64,000 nt of DNA from positions 1-64,000 of the IMG/VR virus record IMGVR_UViG_3300023109_002988; one strand, given 5' to 3'. Of this stretch, positions 20,601 to 30,489 are shown one piece after another (position 1 is the first letter of the stretch; the number at the start of each line of letters is the position of its first letter). Source of the stretch: a virus. The notes beneath the pieces were generated by a model that made no database searches, was not told the origin of the DNA, and worked only from the letters and a program-made list of their open reading frames with translations. The position numbers were made by a program, and so were the translations under genes.

Positions 20601-23600
20601 CAAGACGGAAAACTTCGCAACAGTCAAAACCCAAGCGGTATTGCTGTAACTAATACTAGAGATGAGCCTACTGGCGCTATACCTAAAAATGCAGCTAGAG
20701 GATTCGTTCCTAACTTTTTTATAGGAGCAGGAGTAGGTGAAGCTGCCAAAGCTAACGTAGGTGCTCTTAAAGAGCAAACAGAATCTTTAAAGAAAAGCTC
20801 CAAGGTGACTCAAGGTGAGGCTACTCAGAGAGAGAGTTCAACTAACAAAATGATATTGTTGACTTCTGCTGCTTTCGGATTGCAACAAATTTTTGGTGGC
20901 TTAGGGTCTACTACTGACGGTTTATCAAGTAAAATGGCAGCTTTTGGAGAGGGCGTAACTGCAGCTATATTTACTGGATCTGCCTTATCAACTATTGGTG
21001 CTGGGCCTGGAAATATTATAGAAGGTATTGGAGGCTCAAAAAATGGGCGAAATAAGTTTGGAAGGAGTGCAAAAAAATCGACCCTTGATTTCGCTCAAGG
21101 TTTAAAAGGAAGAAGTTTTATTGGTCCTCTTTCTAAATCTTTCACTAAGCTTGCCCCAATTATTGGTAAATTAGTTGGTTTCGGGGCTAGATTAATACCT
21201 ATCATAGGTACAGCTGTGACAGCTTTTCAATTGTTAAATCCGATACTTAAAAGTTTTGGTGTAGATTTAGGCAAGTTGCTATTTTCACCTTTAAAATCTC
21301 TTGGTCAAAAACTTGGTTTTGTAGATACTGAGGCCGAAAAAGCAGCTAAAAGCATAAATAAGTTTAGCGAAAAAGCTCTAGAAAGTATTTTTACTGCTGG
21401 TGGTCAGCGAAACCTGTTTAAAGAAGAGAGTAAGCAATTTAAAAACCCAGAAGGCAAAGTTCTAGAAAGCGCAAACGACATTCTGAAGTCAGTGCTATCT
21501 TCCAGAAGCGAGGGCAGACAAGATTCGGCATCGTTTTTTAGAATAGAGCAAAGACGGCCAGGTAGAAACCAGCAGTTTCAAGAACAAGGAGGCGTTAAGA
21601 AATATTTCTCTAAAATAGAGGGGGAAGAAATAGAAATTAGCAAAAAAACTTTTGATAGCCTAAGGGAATTAGGACCTTCTATAAATAAGAAGGTTGAAAC
21701 AGCTCTGCTTAAAACTCTTAGTGACGTCGATTTGAAAGATCTGGAGAATAATCCTACTTTCGAAAAGGTACAATTTTTATTAGACAAACAAATAGGCCTT
21801 CTTGGTGAAGGAGGGAGGGAAAAACTTCGGGCAGCTCAACAAAGGCTAGAACTAGCACAAGCTCAAGTCGACGATGCTCAACCTAAAAGAAACGGTCGTG
21901 GACAGAAGGTTGCTCAGACAGCAGAGCAAGCTGCATCTGAAGTTGATGGAAATGTAAAGGTAGCTTCGGCTAAAGAAGAAATAGCAAAACTTCTCGAAGA
22001 GATACTTAAAGGTTCCAAGGCTTTATCTAAGCAGGAAGTTATTGCTAATAACATCAAAAAAATAAAATTTGATATAGCAAAAATAGAAGCCGAATCATTT
22101 GTAAATCAAAAGCTTATACTGACAAATGTTAAAACTCAAGAAGAGGCGGAACTTTCTTATAGAAACGCTTTAAAAGAAACAGCTGGTTTCCAAAGGTTCA
22201 ATAATGTCACAAGATTAAAAGAGATCGAGACAGAAAGAAAAGTACAACAAGAATCTTTAAAATCATTACAGAAAGATCTTGGGTCAGATAAATTCTTAAA
22301 AAGAGTGTTCAGTGTAGACGCTCTTGAGGAGATCGATGAGAGCGGACTTAACTCTTACCTGTCAACATTAAACGAGATTTCAGAAGCTTCAGCCGAAAAC
22401 AAGCAGATTAATACCGAAGATTTTGCCCTCCAGTTGGCTCGCATATCTAATAACGAGGCTTTGACGGGAGAAATTAAAGCCACTCTTGACGCCAATCAAA
22501 AAACATTAAGCGTAAAGAGGGAAGAACTAACTTTAACACAGGCTATGGAAAACTTAGAGCGAGGTCGTAATAAGTTTTCAGAAATACAAGTCAGGCAAGA
22601 AGAAGCAAGACTGTCTTTAATTCAGAAGCAGTTTGATATAGAGCAAAAAAGAATAAGCGACGCCAAAACACTTAGTGATTTGGGTTTTGATAGACAGCTT
22701 GAAAAAGCAAGGGCTGACGCTATCGGCGGTGGTCAATCAGCTAGACTTGGCTTGGCAGCTGAAGAAAAAAGAATAGGGAAGCTAAGAATAGATGCAAACG
22801 AAATTTTTGATAAAAAAGCTCTTACAAAAAGTTTTCAAAAAACAATAATTGATTCTTTTAATCAAGCAGGTCTTAGATTGAATCAAGGGCAAGTAAACTC
22901 AGTAAGGACCTCGAAAACCGAGGGGCAATTTAATGCTTATATAGAAGAATTCAATAGAAAACTTGAAGAACAGCAAAAGAAAGAAATAGAAGTTGCAGCG
23001 GAAGCTCAAAGAGAGGCTCAAAAATTAATATATGAGAGGAAACTTGCAAATCTAAACTTTAAATTTACCGCAGAAGATTTCGATACATCTGTAAGAGATT
23101 TCAATGAGGGTGTTTCTAGGTTCGTAGAAGCTTCAAGCAGACCAGACAAATTCTCCAAAAGCCTGATTAGCGGCGACTCTGCAGAAGGACAAGGGGGTAA
23201 TCAGAATCAGACTGCACCAGCAGCTGGCAATACCTCTAATGCTGTTCAGGGAAGCTCCAGAGAAGCTGAAAGGGCAAAACTAAAAGCAGATCTTGACAAA
23301 GTAATAAAAGGTATAGACGAACAAGCTCAAAAACTTAAAGAAGGTATAACTGGAGTTACTATTGATGTTCAGGGTTTTAAAAACGGTATTGAAATAATTG
23401 AAAAAGGTGTTAAATTGGCTGGCGACAGACTTCAGAATGTATTTGACGAAACTGGAGCTAGCGCAACTACATTTGCAAATCTACTAAGAGATGTATTCAA
23501 CAAAATACCAGAACAAAAAGCACAGAATTTATTTGATATAGCAACAACTGCTGACCCCGACACTCTGCAGAGAGCGGCTTTAGACCAAGCAAGAATAGGA

Positions 23601-26600
23601 GTTTTGGAAAAATCAGAGGGGTCTTTAGCTGAGAGAAATAAAGCGGCTAATGAGTTTATCTTGCTAAAAGAAAAAGAAATAGCGTTGATAGGCGCCGCCG
23701 ACACAGCCACAAAAATACAACTAGAATATGAATATCAAATAAACCTTGAAATTCTAGAGTTGAGAAAACAGATAGCTGAAGCTGGAAATACTGAAGAATC
23801 TGCTGAGTTGGCAAAGCAGATAGAAGAACTTGAGAAAAGAAAAGGAAATCCAGATCCAGGCACTAAGATTAAGAAATTAAGCATAGATGGTGAGACAGCA
23901 GCCAACAGGATGATGGACGCCGCTATTGAAGGAGCAGATCAATTTATAAATACAATATCTGATGGATTGGTTGATGCCATATCTAAAGGAGAGAGTCTTG
24001 GGGATGTACTAAGAGGCGCTGCTGACGACTTCCTTGATAAGATGGCAAAACAGGCAGTTAATAATGTCATAAGGCAAGGTATCGGAATAATTGCTCAGGG
24101 GTTTGGTGCTCCTGTTACAAGAGCCGAAGGAGGAATGATTTCTGGCGGATCTGGAATGAAAGATGATGTTCCAGCCCTGCTCATGGGAGGAGAGTACGTC
24201 ATGAAGAAAAGCGCTGTACAGAAGTACGGGCCAAACTTCATGGATCAATTAAACGGAGGCAAGCTTCCTGGTTATGCTGAAGGTGGAATGGTTCAAGATT
24301 TCAGAACGAAGTCTGGATCTATCGCGTCAAAGTGGACACCGAGATCAGACCAAGATGACGTTGATATAGATGATAAAGTCCCCGATCGCAAAATGAGAAC
24401 TAAGAGCGGAACCCAGGCTTCGCTATGGACTTCGTTGTCGAGCTTGGACAAGGTAAAAGATTCCGAGCTGCAAGACGAAAAAGATAAGAGAACGGACTCT
24501 GGTGTTCAATCTTCGGATTGGACTAAGAAGGCCGATTTGCCCAACGTTTTGAAGTTCGCCGAAGGCGGAATGGTCCAAGATTTCAGAACAAAGTCTGGAG
24601 CTATTGCGTCAAAGTGGACACCGAGATCAGACCAAGATGACGTTGATATAGATGATAAAGTCCCCGATCGCAAAATGAGAACTAAGAGCGGAACCCAGGC
24701 TTCGCTATGGACTTCGTTGTCGAGCTTGGACAAGGTAAAAGATTCCGAGCTGCAAGACGAAAAAGATAAGAGAACGGACTCTGGTGTTCAATCTTCGGAT
24801 TGGACTAAGAAGGCCGATTTGCCCAACGTTTTGAAGTTCGCCGAAGGCGGAATGGTCCAAGATTTCAGAACAAAGTCTGGAGTTATCGCTTCTAACTGGA
24901 CGCCAAAATCGGACGATGATAATGTAGACAGAAAAGACAAAATTCCTGGTCGCAAGATTAGATCTGAAAGCGGAACTGAAGCATCTACTTGGACATCTTC
25001 ATCAAGTTTAGATAAGGCTAAAGATTCTGAGTATCAAGACGAGAAAGAAAAGAGGACTGAGTCTGGTGTTCAATCTTCTAATTGGACTGAAGAAGCAAAT
25101 TTACCTGATGTTCTTAGGTTTTCTGAAAAAACTTCGCCATTAAGCAGATATAAAGAATACAGAATGAGTCAAGACGAAGAAGCTAGAGAGCGATCTTCAG
25201 TGTTGTCCTCTGACTGGAATCCTAAATCTAACAAAAAAGGTGAAGACGACAAGGATTCGGATTCTATGCACGAAGTTCAAAACTTCGCCGAGGGTGGAAT
25301 AGTAGGAATGGTCCAGTCTTTCAGAACAAAGTCTGGAGCTATCGCGTCAAAGTGGACACCGAGATCAGATCAAGATGATGTCGATATAGATGATAAAGTT
25401 CCCGATCGTAAAATGAGAACCAAGAGCGGAACTCAGGCTTCGCTGTGGACCGCATTGTCGAGCTTGGACAAGGTAAAGGATTCCGAGCTGGAAGACGAAA
25501 AAGATAAGAGAACGGACTCTGGTGTTCAATCTTCAGATTGGACTAAGAAGGCCGATCTGCCTAACGTTTTGAAATTTGCTTTAGGAGGCATGATAAGCGG
25601 AGGATCTGCCATGAAGGATGATGTTCCTGCATTATTGATGGGCGGAGAATACGTAATGAAGAAAAGTGCTGTCCAAAAATATGGACCAAACTTCATGGAT
25701 CAGATAAACGGCGGAAAGCTTCCTGGTTACGCTTTAGGAGGTATGATAAGCGGAGGTTCTGGGATGAAGGATGATGTTCCAGCAGTATTAATGGGTGGCG
25801 AATACGTCATGAAGAAAAGCGCTGTCCAAAAATATGGACCAAACTTCATGGATCAGATAAACGGCGGAAAGCTTCCTGGTTACGCTGAAGGTGGGGTTGT
25901 ATCCAATACATTAAGAACTGAGTCAGGAGTCAAATCTTCTAATTGGACTCAAGAGGCTAACGAAGGGCGAGTTCCAGAAAGTTCAAAAACTCCGAAAGGA
26001 AATGTTAGAACAGATTCTGGCTTATTAGCTTCTTCTTGGACAAGTTTGGCTAATTACGCAAAAGCACAAAAAACAGAATTATCTAATAATTTAGAAGAAC
26101 GAAATGAATCTGGACTACTTTCTTCTAGATGGACTCCAAAAGCTGATAAATACACGCAAATAGATGCAACTACTGGCAGGAGTAAATACGCCCCTTCGGC
26201 AATAAAAGCAGAGGAAAAAGAAGAAAGAACAGATTCTGGGGTAAAGCCATCTAGATGGACTAGAGAAGCAGATTACACTAAAGTAAACAATGTAGCTAGC
26301 CTTACGAAAGAGAAGTATAGAAACGAATCTGGTTTAGAAGCTTCTAGATGGACTAGAGAAGCTAGTTTTGATAAAGTTCAAAATAAAAAAGATTCTTCTG
26401 ATGCTTTATTTAGAGCCAACTCGGGATTAATAACTTCTGATTGGACAAGATCGGCATCTATAGACAAAGCTAGTGGTAACACAGCAAAAACATCCCTACA
26501 ACAAACCATAGATGATAGGATCAAACAATACACAGAAAAATCTGTACCTGAAAATATAGGAAGAGGTAAATTGATGAGTCAGAATGCTGTACCTTCAATG

Positions 26601-27755
26601 TTGACTGGTGGTGAATATGTTGTTGGTAAAGATGCTGCTCAAAAATTTGGCAAGGGTTTCTTGGATTCTTTGAATGAAGGAAGGGTTCAAAAATTTGCAA
26701 AGGGAGGGTTTGTATCTGGAGCTACATTCGCTCGAGACGAAGAAGACTTCAAAACTACGGATGTATTTGGAAGCAAGATAAAAGAAGGGTCTTTAAGACG
26801 ACAAAAAGGAGGTGGAGACTTTGTTATACCTGGTTTGTACGGTGAAGGGCAAATAACGGGAGCTCAGAACATGCTAGATTTTTCCACACAAGCATTCACT
26901 AGTGGTAGTCGGGATGTGATAGGGGGCGTTTCTGGCGCATCTATGATATCTCTAGAACCAGAGAGTGTAAGACTTACTAATTTTGGCAGAACAAGAGAAA
27001 CACCACTACAGGCTGCAACTAGGGAAGCAAAAGGACAAGCTTTTGAATTAAACCTTGAGTATCAACAGCAAGTTGCTGACTACAAACAACTTCTAGAAGA
27101 CCTTAAAGAACAAGAGAAGGCAAGAAGAAAGGCTGTAATAACAAAGGCCTTAATTAGTCTGGCTGGTATGGGAATATCTGCAGGTTTAAGTGGTATTGGG
27201 GCCGCTATGGGATCAGGAGGAACCACTAGTATTGGTCAAGGTTTCCTTAGAGGGGCGACTAATGATAGTGGTGTCCAAGTTGGAGGTATTCTGAATCCAT
27301 CCAGTTACAGCGGTTATAATTTGGGCGGCGGCTATGCTACAGGAGGTTATGTTAAAGGAGGTTCTTCAGACATAGATAGTGTTATGGCTATGCTATCTGG
27401 CGGAGAGTTTGTTTTAAACAGAGCCGCCACAGAAAGAATAGGTCAAGAAGAACTTCAAAATCTTAATTCTGGTTCTGATTTGCAGGGATCTGAAAAACTT
27501 TTAGATAAGTTGGACGAATTGTTAACAGCAACAAGAGAAAATTCTGGGGAAATAAATATAACTGTAAATGGTGGTAATAATGGTGGAAACCAGTCTGGTA
27601 ATAGCGGTGGTAGTGCTGCTGGTCAGGAAACTGTGGTAGAAAATAAAGGTGCTACTGGGGATTCTAGAGCAAGAGAGGAGCTCGGTAAGGCCATTAAACT
27701 TAAAGTCTTAGAGGTTCTTAGAGAAGAAAAAAGATTGGGAGGAACACTTAGGTAG
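17700..27755 (+). CDS. Tail tape measure protein (TP901-like core) with repeat-rich C-terminus
   Basis: N-terminal TMP core (ELSRQGL..GVSIDELGGIITAVQQKTARGGAVIGNSFKTIFTRI), hydrophobic segments, long coiled coils, GG..D.VPA.L.GGEYV repeats, C-terminal EKRLGGTLR. Confidence 0.9.
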   Translation: MPESVSLPLQGRITNQSQLERQVASIAKKAGRNLNINLGTNAKDIKSLEQPLGRITGQADDFGKSMEAANARVIAFGASVGIINAVVQSFKSLVSTTIEVEKSLAKINSILKTSTSGLDALKSQIFDIARSTEQTFDTVADAALELSRQGLSATEVTKRLNDALILSRLSGINAAEAVAGLTAAVNSFSKAGLTTGEVLNKISNAANQFAVSERDLIEGFKRSASVAEQAGVSIDELGGIITAVQQKTARGGAVIGNSFKTIFTRIGRADNLELLRSVGVEVTDLQGKILPATKLIENLSKRLEGLNDVQVRSITEKIGGGFQIAPLLAALSDYSSETSVAIQATEAFRSATDQAYQKNIILNQTLSAAINTTSLSIQELANSLGELGILDPFKEILNSVNAFAQNVNEYLGDGEAFGSKFANGILKGISGILIKGGIAVFGLLLFNLSKNLLKFGADSFKAFLGLNKEAEKLKSIQSQIVQTLLGDKGVREAILRIENSSVSAEQKRLQQAEFFNTALRERVKITSQLNTISAGIAPGIIGRSRSGSTKRAADGYLPIGAEQKDISSGVGGAPSSAKPVVIPNFAFGGGKKGTMVANSSEYLVPNFAGGGDAIFNQDMVKSMGLPDGAKKINAAGGYVPNYSSKFAQSLNVARQARTDKFPFRQKSFGDLSADEANQAAGRGRAVRDRFDKKRKAGKVPQGINLVNTGGQYILLVGADAPDEPNKTLYSGLLKESGKINSYENIKDATTYLRAGFSQVNVPTYGLSKNERSDKNPGAKNDVDSIEADLTKQASLIGYNYAKSISNTNTLSPRTKKEIGSLFNKGSLSGFAGSIFEASIASIMTSSQFRDYKDRTDTSLIDLPASPELFELFGVGKGKGTSGAEVKNRAGNDQLKSTADKLFKILVGGKEGPQAPFEYKEGTASAKRAAKKAASGYIPNYAQGMSPVEEAIQREKDAGVPINQIRINQDGKLRNSQNPSGIAVTNTRDEPTGAIPKNAARGFVPNFFIGAGVGEAAKANVGALKEQTESLKKSSKVTQGEATQRESSTNKMILLTSAAFGLQQIFGGLGSTTDGLSSKMAAFGEGVTAAIFTGSALSTIGAGPGNIIEGIGGSKNGRNKFGRSAKKSTLDFAQGLKGRSFIGPLSKSFTKLAPIIGKLVGFGARLIPIIGTAVTAFQLLNPILKSFGVDLGKLLFSPLKSLGQKLGFVDTEAEKAAKSINKFSEKALESIFTAGGQRNLFKEESKQFKNPEGKVLESANDILKSVLSSRSEGRQDSASFFRIEQRRPGRNQQFQEQGGVKKYFSKIEGEEIEISKKTFDSLRELGPSINKKVETALLKTLSDVDLKDLENNPTFEKVQFLLDKQIGLLGEGGREKLRAAQQRLELAQAQVDDAQPKRNGRGQKVAQTAEQAASEVDGNVKVASAKEEIAKLLEEILKGSKALSKQEVIANNIKKIKFDIAKIEAESFVNQKLILTNVKTQEEAELSYRNALKETAGFQRFNNVTRLKEIETERKVQQESLKSLQKDLGSDKFLKRVFSVDALEEIDESGLNSYLSTLNEISEASAENKQINTEDFALQLARISNNEALTGEIKATLDANQKTLSVKREELTLTQAMENLERGRNKFSEIQVRQEEARLSLIQKQFDIEQKRISDAKTLSDLGFDRQLEKARADAIGGGQSARLGLAAEEKRIGKLRIDANEIFDKKALTKSFQKTIIDSFNQAGLRLNQGQVNSVRTSKTEGQFNAYIEEFNRKLEEQQKKEIEVAAEAQREAQKLIYERKLANLNFKFTAEDFDTSVRDFNEGVSRFVEASSRPDKFSKSLISGDSAEGQGGNQNQTAPAAGNTSNAVQGSSREAERAKLKADLDKVIKGIDEQAQKLKEGITGVTIDVQGFKNGIEIIEKGVKLAGDRLQNVFDETGASATTFANLLRDVFNKIPEQKAQNLFDIATTADPDTLQRAALDQARIGVLEKSEGSLAERNKAANEFILLKEKEIALIGAADTATKIQLEYEYQINLEILELRKQIAEAGNTEESAELAKQIEELEKRKGNPDPGTKIKKLSIDGETAANRMMDAAIEGADQFINTISDGLVDAISKGESLGDVLRGAADDFLDKMAKQAVNNVIRQGIGIIAQGFGAPVTRAEGGMISGGSGMKDDVPALLMGGEYVMKKSAVQKYGPNFMDQLNGGKLPGYAEGGMVQDFRTKSGSIASKWTPRSDQDDVDIDDKVPDRKMRTKSGTQASLWTSLSSLDKVKDSELQDEKDKRTDSGVQSSDWTKKADLPNVLKFAEGGMVQDFRTKSGAIASKWTPRSDQDDVDIDDKVPDRKMRTKSGTQASLWTSLSSLDKVKDSELQDEKDKRTDSGVQSSDWTKKADLPNVLKFAEGGMVQDFRTKSGVIASNWTPKSDDDNVDRKDKIPGRKIRSESGTEASTWTSSSSLDKAKDSEYQDEKEKRTESGVQSSNWTEEANLPDVLRFSEKTSPLSRYKEYRMSQDEEARERSSVLSSDWNPKSNKKGEDDKDSDSMHEVQNFAEGGIVGMVQSFRTKSGAIASKWTPRSDQDDVDIDDKVPDRKMRTKSGTQASLWTALSSLDKVKDSELEDEKDKRTDSGVQSSDWTKKADLPNVLKFALGGMISGGSAMKDDVPALLMGGEYVMKKSAVQKYGPNFMDQINGGKLPGYALGGMISGGSGMKDDVPAVLMGGEYVMKKSAVQKYGPNFMDQINGGKLPGYAEGGVVSNTLRTESGVKSSNWTQEANEGRVPESSKTPKGNVRTDSGLLASSWTSLANYAKAQKTELSNNLEERNESGLLSSRWTPKADKYTQIDATTGRSKYAPSAIKAEEKEERTDSGVKPSRWTREADYTKVNNVASLTKEKYRNESGLEASRWTREASFDKVQNKKDSSDALFRANSGLITSDWTRSASIDKASGNTAKTSLQQTIDDRIKQYTEKSVPENIGRGKLMSQNAVPSMLTGGEYVVGKDAAQKFGKGFLDSLNEGRVQKFAKGGFVSGATFARDEEDFKTTDVFGSKIKEGSLRRQKGGGDFVIPGLYGEGQITGAQNMLDFSTQAFTSGSRDVIGGVSGASMISLEPESVRLTNFGRTRETPLQAATREAKGQAFELNLEYQQQVADYKQLLEDLKEQEKARRKAVITKALISLAGMGISAGLSGIGAAMGSGGTTSIGQGFLRGATNDSGVQVGGILNPSSYSGYNLGGGYATGGYVKGGSSDIDSVMAMLSGGEFVLNRAATERIGQEELQNLNSGSDLQGSEKLLDKLDELLTATRENSGEINITVNGGNNGGNQSGNSGGSAAGQETVVENKGATGDSRAREELGKAIKLKVLEVLREEKRLGGTLR
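24279..24880 (+). repeat. 282-bp (94-aa) near-perfect tandem repeat in TMP
   Basis: Units start at 24279, 24561 and 24843 (the third diverges after its start). A further close copy lies at ~25305-25577. Confidence 0.95.
25578..25883 (+). repeat. 153-bp (51-aa) tandem repeat in TMP
   Basis: AxGGMISGGSxMKDDVPAxLMGGEYVMKKSAVQKYGPNFMDQxNGGKLPGY at 25578 and 25731, plus 24123. Degenerate copies at ~26580 and ~27335. Confidence 0.95.
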
Positions 27756-27757
27756 AT

Positions 27758-28603
27758 ATGAATAATATTATTTTGGGCCATGAGTCTTTTGTTCTGTTGG
27801 ATGGTATTCATTTAACAGGCGTTGATTCTGTATCAATTTCGTCAAGAAACAATAATTCTATTGATAGCCCATTGGGTACAGAAATGGGGTTGACAACCCC
27901 ATCTTCACCCACCGATCAGTCTATGACATTATCTAGAAAATTAATGTACAAAGATCCAATTTACCAAATTTTAGGCAAGGACAAAACCTTACAGGGTCAA
28001 ATACATGACATTAATGACAATTCTTATTATGGGTTTGAAAGCGGATATATAAGAAGCTATTCAATCAATTGTGCTGTAGGCCAATTACCTAAAGTAAATA
28101 CAAGTTTGGGTATTTTAGATGAAATTTCAACCGATATAAACAGACAAAAAAATGGTCAACCAAGAAATCGCCCCAGAAAGAAAACTCACCCAGATATAGA
28201 TAGTCCATCTCAAAAAAATATTTATATAACATCAGAAGATTTTAAGGACAACAGAATTGTTGGTTTTGATTTTTCAGTATCTTTAGACCACAAAGTTTAT
28301 TATGGTATAGGATCTACATCCCCATACGCAATAGAGCAAAAAAGACCTATAAAATATTCCGCTTCTGTTCAGCTGGAATTAGGTAAAACATACAACACTC
28401 AGACTTTTGATTTCTTAGATTCAAGACAGAACAAAGATGTGTCTATAGATATAGAGGGTAGAAACGGAACTAAATTAAATAATATAAAAATACCAAATGC
28501 AAGTTTAGTGGGTAGGAATTTGAGCCAATCGCAAAAAGGATCAGTAGTTATGAGTTTGTCTTATGTTGGTCATTTAGGGGGAGACAGGATCTTTTTACCT
28601 TAA
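27758..28603 (+). CDS. Divergent tail-tube-like protein (possible tube initiator/distal tail)
   Basis: GYIRSYSINCAVGQLPKVNTSL aligns with AFLSDYSVDLSVGSLPTATVSF; RPIKYSASVQL aligns with FPVNATMSVNA. Confidence 0.5.
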   Translation: MNNIILGHESFVLLDGIHLTGVDSVSISSRNNNSIDSPLGTEMGLTTPSSPTDQSMTLSRKLMYKDPIYQILGKDKTLQGQIHDINDNSYYGFESGYIRSYSINCAVGQLPKVNTSLGILDEISTDINRQKNGQPRNRPRKKTHPDIDSPSQKNIYITSEDFKDNRIVGFDFSVSLDHKVYYGIGSTSPYAIEQKRPIKYSASVQLELGKTYNTQTFDFLDSRQNKDVSIDIEGRNGTKLNNIKIPNASLVGRNLSQSQKGSVVMSLSYVGHLGGDRIFLP

Positions 28604-28639
28604 TTTATTTATTTTTTATTTAAATTTTATATAATATAT

Positions 28640-30487
28640 ATGGCTTATGTTAAAATAGAGGACGAAGAGTTAATTTATGACAGGACTAGAAACTTTTCTG
28701 GCATATCTTACTTTGAGGAAGTTAGTGAGATATCTTGTCCTACAAAAGGGTCTAGTGTAGAATTTTTAGCCAAAGATAAGGCTTTAACTACCAATCACAA
28801 TTATTTAAATATAACTCCTGTAGGCATTAATAATTTATACGCCAATTTTAATATGGTTTATGAAGTTGATGAGGAGGAAGCTGCTAAACTAGCTAACTTT
28901 CTAGAAGAAAAAAGGGGTATCGAGCCTGTTTTTTTTGATTCTGATCCAACTATATATAGGAAAATAAATGGTTTTTGTAATCAATATAGCATTAACCAAT
29001 TAGACGCTTCTACTTATAAGATATCTGCGCAATTTGAAATAACAGAATCTCCTGGAAGTTTTAATTGGACTGGATTAAATTTTTTAGATCCAGATTATGA
29101 AAGTTTATATTACGAGCAGGAAAATAGGGAGTATTCAAAGTATGATGTAGTTTACGATCAGAGGCTCGAGTTTAAATACCAGGACAAGATAAATAATTTT
29201 TATTATTGTCTTGAAGGACACAACTCTTCAGCTGATGCATCTATAAATCTCGAGGAAAGCCCTTATTGGACTAAAGATTTCTTCTGGCAACCAGATGTTG
29301 GTCAAACTAATTCTGTAAAGTTTGACGTTCAAAGATTTGGAGATAAGGATGGTTTTCCTTTGAGGAGAAAGATAAAATATAATACAGCATCTTTCCCGAT
29401 TTCTTATAATTTTACAAAAATAACCACCAAGCAGCTAAAGAGTATGCTCCACTTCCTGGAAAATTTAGGTGGCTATAGAAGATTTAAACATCAAATACCA
29501 TCTGTATACAATAGACCTAAGGTTTTTGTTTGCAGAAAATGGGTTCATACATGGAACAGTTTTGACTCTCACGATTTACAGGTGTTTTTTGATGAAGATC
29601 CACTAGGAATAATTCCAGACAGATCTCTTCATAATACCGAGACTCTTTCTACTAGAATTTTTGATGGTGATTCAAATTTAATTGATCAAATTCAAGGCGA
29701 TATACCTGATTATTGGGCAAACATGGATCCAGAACTTCACCAATTAAAAATTGGAGCTGGTTGCGAAACAATAGGAGAGTATGCATTTGCAGGAGCTGTA
29801 AACCTAAGGGGTGATTTGATCATACCTGGGAATGTAAAAACTATAGAAAATAATGCATTTGATAGTTGCGCTTCTTTTAATGGATCTTTATTGTTGGGTG
29901 GGGGCTTATCTTACGTGGGGGATGAAGCATTCAAAGATTGTAGTGATCTTATCGAAGACCTTTTGGTTCCTCCAAACACCAGATATATCGGGGACAAAGC
30001 CTTCTTCGGTTGTAGCAATCTAGATGGGGCTCTTTCCTTAGGGAAGATTTTAAGTCATATTGGAACTGGCGCTTTTCAAGGTTGTGTTAAACTTAACTCT
30101 AAGTTAGTTATACCAAGTACATTAAAGACAATATCTGAAAGAGCATTCAGGGGATGTTTTAAATTGAACGGCGACTTAGAAATACCATCTGGAGTTGAAA
30201 ATATTGAAGAGCAAGCTTTTTTTAATTGCCGTAAATTGGGTACAGATGTAATCATACCGCCAACTATAAAAACAATAAAAAATAATGCATTTTATGGATG
30301 TAAATACGTGTATAATGTTTATATAAATGCTCCAGTAGCGCCAACAATATATGGGGATCCGTTTCCAACTGCAAACATGGAAAAACTGAAGAGAATTCAT
30401 GTACCTTTGCAAGCAGCTGGTTATAATGATCCTTATTGGTTGGCCAAAAGGGACGAGGGAAAATTAGTATTTGACATTACACTCTAA
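28640..30487 (+). CDS. Minor tail protein with C-terminal BspA-type LRR array
   Basis: N-terminal ~330 aa has two minor-tail-like halves (LANFLEEKRG; MLHFLENLGG..F). The C-terminus has about 9 IPxxVxxIxxxAFxxC repeats. Confidence 0.75.
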   Translation: MAYVKIEDEELIYDRTRNFSGISYFEEVSEISCPTKGSSVEFLAKDKALTTNHNYLNITPVGINNLYANFNMVYEVDEEEAAKLANFLEEKRGIEPVFFDSDPTIYRKINGFCNQYSINQLDASTYKISAQFEITESPGSFNWTGLNFLDPDYESLYYEQENREYSKYDVVYDQRLEFKYQDKINNFYYCLEGHNSSADASINLEESPYWTKDFFWQPDVGQTNSVKFDVQRFGDKDGFPLRRKIKYNTASFPISYNFTKITTKQLKSMLHFLENLGGYRRFKHQIPSVYNRPKVFVCRKWVHTWNSFDSHDLQVFFDEDPLGIIPDRSLHNTETLSTRIFDGDSNLIDQIQGDIPDYWANMDPELHQLKIGAGCETIGEYAFAGAVNLRGDLIIPGNVKTIENNAFDSCASFNGSLLLGGGLSYVGDEAFKDCSDLIEDLLVPPNTRYIGDKAFFGCSNLDGALSLGKILSHIGTGAFQGCVKLNSKLVIPSTLKTISERAFRGCFKLNGDLEIPSGVENIEEQAFFNCRKLGTDVIIPPTIKTIKNNAFYGCKYVYNVYINAPVAPTIYGDPFPTANMEKLKRIHVPLQAAGYNDPYWLAKRDEGKLVFDITL

Positions 30488-30489
30488 TT

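Noticed and set aside
24279-25883. Direct repeats as a CRISPR array or non-coding repeat
   Set aside because: Units are 282 and 153 bp, multiples of three, inside an intact ORF and without unique spacers.
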